Of a stretch of DNA of 64,000 nt, positions 39,920 to 49,890 are shown in pieces; within the stretch, counting starts at the first letter, position 1; each line of letters opens with the position of its first letter. Source of the DNA: Marsupella aquatica (lineage: Eukaryota > Plantae > Marchantiophyta); the NCBI GenBank assembly GCA_973895155.1, contig OZ316896.1:10840795-10904794 (forward strand), in the 5' to 3' direction. A program made the position numbers and the translations under genes. Under the pieces are notes generated by a model. That model saw only the letters and a program-made list of their open reading frames with translations, was not told the DNA's origin and ran no database searches.

Positions 39920-42900
39920 TCAAACTTGGTCCTCATCATCTTCAGGTTGGGACACAACCAAAATATCAGGCTTTTCCCCAACGATTGAACGAGACCGTGG
40001 CACATATGTGATGACAAGTGACCATTCCTCTGGGTTTGGGGGGTATGGAATATAGAAACATTGTTCCACATGACTTGGAAAAGTGAACGGCTCTGATGTT
40101 TGCCAATGAGATGGCTGGAAACTAGTGGCAGACGTCTTCAGTCGTGTAAATCCACACTCATCTTGAACCACAGTAGGATTGTTACCTGCAAGGTTCACTT
40201 TGAACCACTTGCACTTGAAGACATACTCTTCAAACTTTGATTGTGCATCATAAGATATCACTAGAATCTCTTCTACCTTTCCATAATGTGGCACAACATC
40301 TCGAATAATATTTGTGTCATGGCGACTACTGCGGGAATCTTGAGAGAATTGTCCTTGAACTCCACAATCAAAGGTACGACCCCTCTTCTCATCAAGGGAA
40401 GAAATCCTAAAATCCATCAAACCATAAGGATATGTTACACAAAAATAGACACAAACATATTCCAATTAATTGAACACACCAAGAATCTGCCTCTTCAATA
40501 TACGTGCTTGTATTACAAATGAATTAAATTAAACCAAGTGATTCAAATCAAAGGTTACTAAGGTAGATGGAGATCACCTGAAATGTCTTCCTTGTGTCCA
40601 CATTGCTGTCCTTGTTGTAACCACTCTCAAGGGACCATGAACAATGGTACGAACATCATCTGTGATAGCCGGAAAATGTAATACACTCTCTCCCCTGACC
40701 ACCATGTCATCCACCTCAACTAACTTCTCCTTCATATAGTCAAGGTACTTTGGAAAAATCCTTGGTCTTGTGCTGTTACTTTTGGCATCCTCATAGAAAT
40801 CCCTCCATTCTTCCATGATAGTGCTGTTACTCAACATGAATGTGGTCAGTTGTTTCACCTCCACTGGTGTCAACATGCGAGTTTTCCTAGCACCTATTAA
40901 ACGATCATCTTCATCTTCCCTCTCCTCTACCCAAGTACGGGGAGAGGTACAATCAATTGTGGCCAATATGTTACTACAATAGAACATACTCTCAGCTGCT
41001 AAGTATCCTGTAGCCATGCTTCCCTCAACCCGTGCACGATTATGTACATAACCTTTTAACACTGCCATGTATCGTTCTAGCCAATACATCCACCGACAAT
41101 GCACAGGACCTGCAATGGCCACCTCATGAACAAGATGAACAAGTAAATGCACTTGACAGTCAAAAAAGGAAGGAGGAAGGGCCTTCTCCAACTTGCATAC
41201 CACCTCTGCTGCCAAAACCTCCATCCCAGGGATCTCATCAGTATATATCTCCTTAGAGCATACCCATCTCAATAGTTTTCCCAATGACCAAAGGGCATCT
41301 TGCACTTCTTCACTTGCCAAGCCTATTATGGCCACAGGCAATATGTGCTGCAATAACCTATGGTAGTCATGTGTCTTGAGATACCTTGGCCACTTATGAT
41401 TGTCCTCCATCCCAAAGGCCTTTCGGAGATTGGCACCATAACCAGTAGGAAACCGCATGTCTCCTATGCGATTCTGAAACTCCCTTCTCTGGCCAATAGG
41501 AAGCACCCATGGAGCTGAAGGTCGATGCTCGATCCCTGTGATAGGATCACTTATGACCCACACGTCTGGATGCATCTCAAGATCCTCACAAGCCTCCCTG
41601 AAGTTAGTGTCTTTCTCTCCATAGAAAGCCTTTATCAAAGCCTTTCCCACATTTCCCTCAATGTGCATGGGGTCTAATAGATGGCGGATCTTCAACTCAC
41701 CCCAATAGGGCAAAGTGGTTAATATACTCCACCTTGTCAAGCTACTACCGTCAAATTGCATGGGATCCTCTGGGTCTGCCACTCTTGCAGCCATGTCTTT
41801 CCAGTGTGTAAAAGTTGTTGGCTCAGGTACATCACGCTCGTCACCAAAGGGCATATCAATAGAGGAAAATAGTAGTGGGTCACGCCTCATCTGATGTCCC
41901 ATTGGAAGAAACTTTGTATGCCCAAGATAAACAATCTTGCGAAGATGTGATGAATACTTGGCTACATCACCAAGGCTTGGGCCACAAGTGGAGCAAGCCT
42001 TGTAGCCTTGGGTTTGCAACCCACTCACAAAGCCAAATCCTGGTCATATAAACACACATTATGTTAGGATTAGCACATGGAAATGAGGGGATACCATGCA
42101 TTAGAATATGATGCATTTAAACAATAAAGTTCTTACCTGGGTAGTCATGCATGGTCCACATACAAACCCCTTTGAGTTTGAAAACCCGTGGGGTACCCCC
42201 TGTAGTCTTTCGACCATCATATACCCATACTCCTTCCCATAATTTCTGGAGTTCCTGAACCAGTAATGTCAAATAGGTGTCCATGTTCTTCACCTTCTTT
42301 GGCCCTGGGATAATCAAAGATAGCAACAAAAAACCTTTTTTCATGGACAACCATGGTGGAAGGTTGTAATTCATGAGAACCACAGGCCAGACCGATGTAG
42401 GTCTCCCCTTCCCTCCAAGTGAATGAGGGCTAAATCCATCTGATGCCAACCCCAGTCGCACATGCCGAGGGTCACGCTCAAAATCTGGCCATGTTGATTC
42501 CACATGTTTATGAGCAGGAGAGTCAACTGGTAATCGCATGACACCGGGCTCCGAACGATGTTTCTTGTGCCATACCATCAACTCGGCCAAGTCAGAACAT
42601 CTATACATGTGCAACAAGCGAGGAATTATGGGGAACCAACGAACTGCTTTCCTTGGTACCTTCTGGGTTAGCATGTTTGGCTCATACCGTGGCTCATGAC
42701 ACACTGTGCATTCTGTGATATGGGCTGTATCCCCGTGAAATAACATGCAATCATTCACACAGGCATGAATAATATGGTAATCCATACCAATGGATGAGAG
42801 AACCTTCTTTGCATCCTTCCAGGTCCTTGGCAACACATTCTCCGAGGGTAACATCAAGTCATGAAAATATTCAAATATGTCTGATAACATAGAATTGCTT

Positions 42901-44691
42901 GTCTTGTGTTTGGCTTGAATGTTCAAGAGCCCCAATATGGCAGAAAGACGCCTCAACCGAGCACCCTCAAAAATAGGTGTTCGAGCATGTTCCTCTGCCT
43001 CTTTCCATTGTTGTTGTCCCTCTGGAGTATGTTGTGGCCGTGGGTCATTTGAAGGGCCAACCTCATGACCAATGTGAGGCACATCATCCTCAACATCGGC
43101 ACCAAACCAATCAACCATGAAGTCATCCATGGCTCTATCTTGATCATGCATGACCTGGTCATCAGTCCGAGGTGCGGCTTCCTCATCAGCACCACCTATA
43201 TCATTACTTGATGAGGAATCACCCTCTGATGGTTCTCCCTCTTCTGGCATACCCATCTCCCGATATGTTGCTCTCAACCTTCGTGGTAACATTTGTTGAG
43301 ATGGTTGCGCATTCTATGCACATTACAACCAAAAAACCTCCTCATGTATATTTGACCAAGTACAACAAATTAAAATAGACTTAACACCATTCATTCAAGA
43401 CATTAAGAATTAAAGTAAATGCATGGGCTAAAACCTTATTACTCCAAAATGAGCCCAAAGGCCATATATATAATAGTAAATGGGAAGTCCAAAATAGGTG
43501 CAAGAGGATAAAGGACATGATTTCCTAATCCCACTCATAGTGTGTGAATAACTCATCTCCTGCTCTAATGGTCCTAGTAGCAAGAACTAAGCAATGGTCC
43601 TTATGATATGTCGTGCCATATGGTGCCGGCATTGGACCATCAGTAAAAACCCACTCACAATTGGCCCTACGCTTGGGCCGAGTCCCCACAGTACTATTTA
43701 TGAAACCAGCAATATTCCCATTACGTATGGGATCACCATCTATCACCCGCTGCTCACTATACCTTCTAGTGCTACCATCAAAAGTATCCATCTCTAGAGC
43801 ATATGTTTTCCACTCAGGATGTTGTGCAAGGATCATGTTCCAATGTCTTCTCTTTTAGATGGGTCCACCGTATGGGAACAAAGTAGGACCCTCTCTACCA
43901 TGAACACTTGACCCACCCTCCTCATCCATGATGATATCCTCACAAGCAAATACTCCATATCCATGTCTCTCTCCAAGTGTGGAAGTTTTCACAATCCAAC
44001 GTCTACCCCAAACCACAATCTCCTCATCAAAATCTGTAAAATAAGGCAAGCCAAGAGTGATAGGTTCCCAATCCTTGATGATAGAGGCACACTTGCCAGT
44101 GAATGAACAAACACCCCACCTACCCTGAACTAGTGTTCTGGATGGGTCATTGGGTGCTCGTGGCCTCCTGTTGGATTGGGGCCTGGACCGGGGTCTTCGT
44201 GTCTCAGTGGGCACATGAGGGTGTTCCCCTTCTGTCCCATGACTGGTACTAATTCCCAAACCCAAGGCTTGTGAAAGTGCATTGCCTATAGCATCTAAAA
44301 CTCCTTGTGATGGGACATAGGGTGGTGGTGTCACCAATCTACGCATACTGGATCCCTATTCCATGCAAACACCCACAAACAACCAAATGTGTAAACTATA
44401 TGTGTAAACATTGATTCACCTCTAAAAATAACAGTAAAGAATGGCAATCAATTGAAACAAACTTACCATATGGGATGAAGAAGCCCCGGGAGTAAGACCT
44501 CTATGATGTCCATATCTCTCAATATGTTGAGCACACACATAAGATTTTTGAGAAATTTGGCCCACACATCTGGTGCAGTCACAAAGTCTTCGGGGTGGAC
44601 CACGAGGACTAGTAACCTCGGGCTGAGGAGGAGGGGGTATATCGTCATCGGAGGAGTACTCACTACTGGATAGTTCAGAGGAAGAGGACAT
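39920..44691 (-). CDS. CACTA transposase (TnpD/Tnp2-like), ~1116 aa, apparently intact; exons 44691-44467, 43313-42137, 42039-40578, 40406-39920
   Basis: Motifs IHACVNDCMLF, RHVRLGLASDGFSP, YNLPPWL, MHDYPG|FG, LDPMHIEGNV, LKTHDYHRLLQ, FFDCQVHLLVHL, WMYWLERYM, YGKVEEI..FKCKWF, EPFTFPSHVEQCFY. Exon 1 has the CxCxxC..H zinc-like transposase-associated motif. GT-AG introns of phase 0/1/2 sum to 3351 nt (1117 codons) with no internal stop. Confidence 0.9.
43525..44355 (-). pseudogene. SET-domain (lysine methyltransferase-like) exon inside transposase intron 1; one in-frame TAA at 43855-57
   Basis: ORFs 44346-43855 and 43836-43525 are in frame (…FPYGGPI*KRRHWNMIL…). SET motifs HGYGVFACEDI, PYGG, GNIAGFINS..ANC, VLATRTIRAGDELFTHY. 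Phase-0 AG acceptor at 44357-56. Confidence 0.85.
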
Positions 44692-44839
44692 ATCCACTGC
44701 CACATTACATTGCATGTAGGGCATGATTAGGAAAAATTAGGCCATATATAAAGCGATTTTAAAAAAAATGAACTCAAAAAACAATTAGGTTGGTTTATAC
44801 ATGGGGTTTTATTACCCTTTTATATTTGTTAGCATGAAA

Positions 44840-45840
44840 CCCAAATTAAGGTGAGTGTCATGCAAGAAGAAACCACATTATAACCTTTGGGAAAATTGTA
44901 ATACCCTATGTCCTAAGTGAGGTTAGATTATTACCTGAATGAGACCCGGGCTCAACAGTGCCTATAGGTCACGTGGCTTTTGGAACATTTGCCAAATCTA
45001 GAAGTAGGAGGAAAATACTGGAAACAAAATGTAAGTTTGGATGGTAATTAGCAGCCGTCAAGTTGTGGAATCTTAGACATTTACCCACATATATCATGGC
45101 ACAACAAAGAAGGGCAAGCATAAGAATCTGTACTAACAACATTGACTGTATACATGATGTTATACCTTTTAGATGCCCGGGTTCCCACAATGCATATGCA
45201 TTAGACAAAAGTTGAGGTAGTAGTGTTGGCCCTGCGTTGTATCATGATTACATGGGTTTTCCCCTCAATTGTTAGCATAAAACCCTAAACCCTAAACCCT
45301 TATCCCCCCTCGAGTGAAAGGTGAGTGTCATGCAATAAAAACCCACCCTAGACCCCTGGGAAAACTCTAAAGGCCTAAGCCCAGAATGAAGTTGGACAAT
45401 AATTACCTGAATGAGATCCGGACTCAATAGTGCCTGTAGGTCGTGTGGCTCATTGAACATGAGCTGAATCTAGAAGCACGAGGAAAATACTGGAAACAAA
45501 AAAGTAAGTTTGGATAGCCATTAGCTTCTCTCAAGTTGTAGACCCCCAAACATGTGCATATAGATATTCTTGCACAACAAAGAAGGGCAAGGTTTATGAA
45601 CAATCTCTTTATCAAACCCTGCTAACATACATGTTTAAATATACCTTTTAGATGTCCGGGTTCCCACAATGCATATGCATTAGACAAAAGTTGAGGAAGC
45701 AGTGATGGTCCTGCACTGGATCATGATTACATGGGATTTCCCTCAATTGTTAGCATAAAAACCAAAACCTCATCCCGCTTCAAGTGAAAGGTGAGTGTCA
45801 TGCAATAAAAACCCACCATAGACCCTTGGGAACTCTAAAA
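44840..45840. repeat. 470-bp tandem repeat (~2.1 units) between the divergent CACTA genes
   Basis: gtgagtgtcatgcaa at 44851, 45321 and 45791 (exact 470 spacing). Other shared blocks include ttcccacaatgcatatgcattagacaaaagttgagg. Confidence 0.9.
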
Positions 45841-46574
45841 GCGTAAGCCAATGAAGTTAGCAAAAACCTAAATGGTCAATTCCCTTCAACCATCCTATGC
45901 TTCTCTCTACCATAATTATATGCCACCCCTCTTGGTTACCCTCCTAAGATACCATAAAAGTAACCCAAGATACTATAAAACTGAAACCTCTCTTTCAAAC
46001 CCTCCTAAGTTGGCCTAAACCCCAAAACCCAAAACATAAAACCCCTCCTAGCTCTTACCCTCCAATACATATAACCCCAACCTTCATAAATAAAACCCCC
46101 CTGCAAACCCAAAACATAAAACCCCTCGTATCTAAGCCAATCTAAGCCCAACCTTCACAAAAGAAACCCTCCCCTAACCAGGCCAAACCCCCTCCTCTTA
46201 CCCTGCAATATAACTCCTTCAATTTTCTAACCCCCCCAATCCTTATCTCATCACATCCCACTAAAATGCAACATAATCCTCTACATCTACCCCATTTAAT
46301 GTTCATAAGCCCCCTTAGTATCCCTAACAACACATCAAATACGCATGCGAGACGGGGGTTATGGCAAAACCAAATAGCGAAGGCTTTTGTGAATCTTGAA
46401 GCTTCGCAAAGATAGAATTTGCGAAGCTTTTTGCAAAGGCCGTTGCATCGCAAACTGCGATGCGAAACGAATTGCAAAGCCCAATATTTTGAATCCTTAT
46501 GGATTGCCGAGCGCGGACAAGGCGGATTCAGTTCATTCAGGCCTGAGGAGAGCAACGAGGGCAAGGGCGGAGCG

Positions 46575-48617
46575 ATGGCGAGCGAAGAGGGGACTGGTGG
46601 TGATGGAGGAGCTTCTGGCAGCAGCGGAGGCAACCGAGGGGGGGGGGATCGATTGAAGGCGATTGTGGATGAGCATTTTTCGGTTGCACAGTTGAGTCAA
46701 ATTGATTTCACCAGTCCAGCAGGGCTGGCATCATTGAGTGCCCTTCTGGGCCAAGCCTTGCAAGCAGGTCTCACTGCAGGGCAAGCAGCAGTGGAGGAGG
46801 ATGCAAGGAAGGCAGCAGAGCAGGCGGCTGCTGAGAGGAAGTGAAAGAGGGACGAGAGAGCTCAGGCTGGAGTGCTCTCGCCTCAAGCATTGGAAAAGAA
46901 GAGGAGGAAAGATGAGAGAGACCTGATCAGGAAACAGAGGGAGGAGCAAAGAAAGAAGGAGGCAGCAAGGAGGAAGCTGCCTCTGATTACTTTAGAGGAT
47001 GAGGGGATTCCCACCGAGCTTGCTTACAATGGGGCCAAGAGCACAATCAGGCACATTGTATCCACAAATTTTGCAAGAGGAGTCGAGTGGGGCACTCGCT
47101 CAAAGGCAGAGCAGAAGCGAGTCATCAATCAGGTGAAAGATGCATTTCGAAATGGAGGAGAGATGGATTCACAGTGGCTTGCTGACAAAATTTCAAACTC
47201 CATGTCACAAGCTAGATACCATGATAGAATGAAGATCAGGTCTCACCTTAGAGATTTGGAGGAGTATAGGAATTTGCAGAGGCCGCTGCAATTCTCAGAA
47301 GATATCTGGCAGGCCTTCTACCAGACAGAGGTGAAGTTGAAAGCAGCCAGGCTCCTCAATGATTTCACAGAGAAGCTGGCAAAGGCTCGAAGGGCAAAGG
47401 AGGCCGGGAAGTCTGACCGGGACCTGAAGGTGATGGAGCAGAAGGTAGCCCAGCTCCAACAGGTTGTAGCAGAAGTAGGCGATCCACCCAACAAGTTCCT
47501 GAAGGCAGTTGAGCGAGTCCGAGACAAGCCCAACATCACCCACAGGCTGGGTCAAGGTGGCCTCCCCGGCCTCAAAGCAGCATTCGTGAGTGCACCTCCC
47601 TCTCCTCCCTTGACTTCTTGCTACTCCAATTCCTATTCCAACACACCTGCAATGAGCCAACTCTTTCTTGCATTTCCACCAAGTAGTTACAATTAGACTT
47701 GTTGTGTCAGATTAGGTCACGTACAGTTGCTTCCCTCTCGGGTTTTTGCCATGACAGAGTTTGCGATACATTTGCGATGCGGGTAGCTTCGCAAATCCTT
47801 CGCAAACCTTATTATGCCCTTTTTTTGCTTACGTTTGCGAAGGTGTTGTGAAGACGTTGGCTTCGCAACCAGCTTCGCAAAATTTCAAAAATTTGAATTT
47901 TTAAATTTTCCGATCGTTTAAGTGTTCTTTGAGGGTCTTCCCCATATATGCCACCCTCCATAACCCCAAAACCTTGATGCACCACCCCACGAGCCCCAAC
48001 AAACCCCCTAATTTTTAGAAGCCATGTGAATCGGGTTATGGGTTGGTGTTAACCCAATTGTGCTGGTTTTGTTTTGGCTTAGTACAAGAGGTACAAGAGG
48101 AAGATTACGGCGGCTGAGATGGAGGTGGGCCAGAAACATGGGAAGGAGCATCTCTTTCAGCAAGTTGATGAATTATTGGTGAGAATTTTTAGGTTATTAC
48201 ATTCATTGCAATTTTGAATGAATATCTCTTTTGTTCACACTTGTAAAGAATATGAGACTAACAGACACCCTGGTTTGCTAATGGAAGCAGGGAGGGGAGG
48301 ATGGTGACTCCCATACTGAGGGTGGCACCGATAGTAGTGATGAGGATGTGGAGGGGACAGGGGAGGGGAGCACAGCTCATGTTACTCAAGCCAGGCCAAC
48401 TAGCACTGGAGACCAGTCATTTGCATCAGCACGTTCCAGTGGTGCTGGGGGTGGTAGCGCGGCAAACCAGGGCGGTGGAGGTGGGGATGAGGATGAGGAT
48501 GAGGATGAGGGTGACCCCGAGGGTGACCAAGAGGAGGAGGAAGTCCAGGTTGCACCCCCCCCCAAGAGCACACAAGGGCAAGGAGAAGGCCAAGGGGAAG
48601 AAGGCAAGGAGGGGTAG
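46575..48617 (+). pseudogene. TnpA/Ptta-like second CACTA gene, ~477 aa, one in-frame TGA at 46842-44; exons 46575-47585, 48083-48178, 48291-48617
   Basis: ORFs 46419-46844 and 46872-47696 are in frame across one TGA (likely CGA>TGA). Two phase-0 GT-AG introns. THRLGQGGLPGLKAAF|YKRYKRKITAAEM resembles the H..G motif of En/Spm TnpA-family proteins. Acidic C-terminal tail. Confidence 0.7.
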
Positions 48618-48884
48618 GAACACTCCTTTCTAGCTCGATGTAGACAAGTTGTAGCTAGAGCACTTACATCGAGTTCACATGTATAGCGATCAGCATGCAT
48701 GGCCGTGGCACTTTACCTAAGGGTTTCTCCCCTTCCATTTTGTAACTTTTGTACTTTTTCAGTAATGCCATTTTAATTGCGGCAGACTGGGTCAACATCA
48801 CTTTCCTCCCTCCTTCAAAACCCATGAATGGTCTCCCTCACCCTCACCCTAACCCAAATACACAAAAACCCATGAAATATACAT

Positions 48885-49400
48885 TTTGCGAAGCTTTTGA
48901 GAACCAACCCCCATCTCAAAGAGCCACGGTGAACGTATCGCAACCATTCCGAGGAGAAACGCATCGCAACACTTGCGATGTTGTCTAAATCACAACCCTA
49001 GCGAAGACTTCCTCTCCACACGTTTGCGAGTTAAATGCCTTCGCAACAAAGCGGTCATCCGCTTCTCGCAATCTTACGAGTTTGTTTGCATCGCAAGTTA
49101 TAGAGAAATTTAACATCGGAAATTGTGATGTAAATGTTATCGCAACGCGAGCGATTCATTTGTTCTCGCAAAATAATGAAATTTGTCGTTTCTCAATATT
49201 TGCAAGGACAGTGCCGTCGCAACGTTGCGGAGATGTTGCGACGTATTTAGAATCGCAAGTTGCGAAGTAGTTGCGAAGGGCCGTTTGCGAAGAATTTGAG
49301 ATGGGAAGTAGCGAAGATGTTGCGATGCGAGTAAGTTCGCAAATTGGGTATTTCGGATTTTGTTTCCTTTGTATGATGCGAAGGGTGGTGGTTCGCAAAA
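48885..49400. repeat. Right subterminal repeat array (TCGCAA/TTGCGA)
   Basis: Dense tcgcaa/ttgcga copies up to the right TIR. Confidence 0.85.
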
Positions 49401-49424
49401 GAGGTGCATAGTGTTGTAGTGCAC

Positions 49425-49600
49425 AAGCTCTCCCTATCTCTCAACTAGCTCCGTAACAATGAGCCTAAGTTTCACCAGGGTCTAGCATCAGCCCTGGCTA
49501 TATACACAATAGCACTACCGCTAACATTAGCTAAGTCCTAACCCGAGTTAGACTAACTGTGGTTAGCTCATGAGTCACAAGACTAGAGCAATATCTAACA
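49425..49600 (-). repeat. 5' LTR of copia element, outer part
   Basis: aagctctccctatctc...gagcaatatctaaca matches 33011-33186 with 4 substitutions. Confidence 0.95.
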
Positions 49601-49694
49601 TCTCCTTGACATCTTTTTTTCATCTTTCCATCTTTTTCCCACCCTGCCATCTTTTCTCTGTTGAGCATGTTTTTCTCACCCAATCTTCTTTTCC

Positions 49695-49890
49695 TCTCAG
49701 GGGCCTAAATCCAAGGGGTGTCCCATATCACGTGCAAAGTTTTGGGGGAATTATAACACCCTAAAACTGAAGCCAATAAAGTTTTTTTGAGGAATTGTTT
49801 TACCCCTCACTTAATAGAATATTCCCCTTGAGGAAGTGATGGGAACTTTGGGCGTGATATGGGACTCTCCCTGGATTGAGGCCCCTGAGA
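49695..49890. mobile_element. Small foldback MITE
   Basis: tctcaggggcct.aatcca.gg...tcccatatcacg..caaagtt is the reverse complement of aactttg..cgtgatatggga...cc.tggatt.aggcccctgaga (~48-bp TIRs). Confidence 0.75.

Larger units (their letters stand above)
38565..49421. mobile_element. CACTA (En/Spm) DNA transposon, 10,857 bp
   Basis: Termini CACTACTACA... / ...TGTTGTAGTG. 3-bp TSD CAC (38562-64, 49422-24), confirmed by the empty site cacagCACaagctc in the other LTR. Dense subterminal TCGCAA/TTGCGA repeats. Tnp2-type transposase inside. Confidence 0.97.
32843..49600 (-). mobile_element. Ty1/copia LTR retrotransposon (Tnt1/Tork-like), decayed, 5' LTR interrupted by a CACTA element
   Basis: TG...CA LTRs. 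TSD TCTCC at 32838-42 and 49601-05. Gag-PR-INT-RT-RH order on the minus strand. PBS and PPT present. Confidence 0.95.

Noticed and set aside
43525-44355. SET exon as a separate TE or host gene inserted into the CACTA
   Set aside because: No TSD, TIR or poly-A boundary around it. It is co-oriented, similar in composition to the transposase exons and joined by an in-phase splice acceptor, so it is treated as part of the element pending comparison with sister copies.
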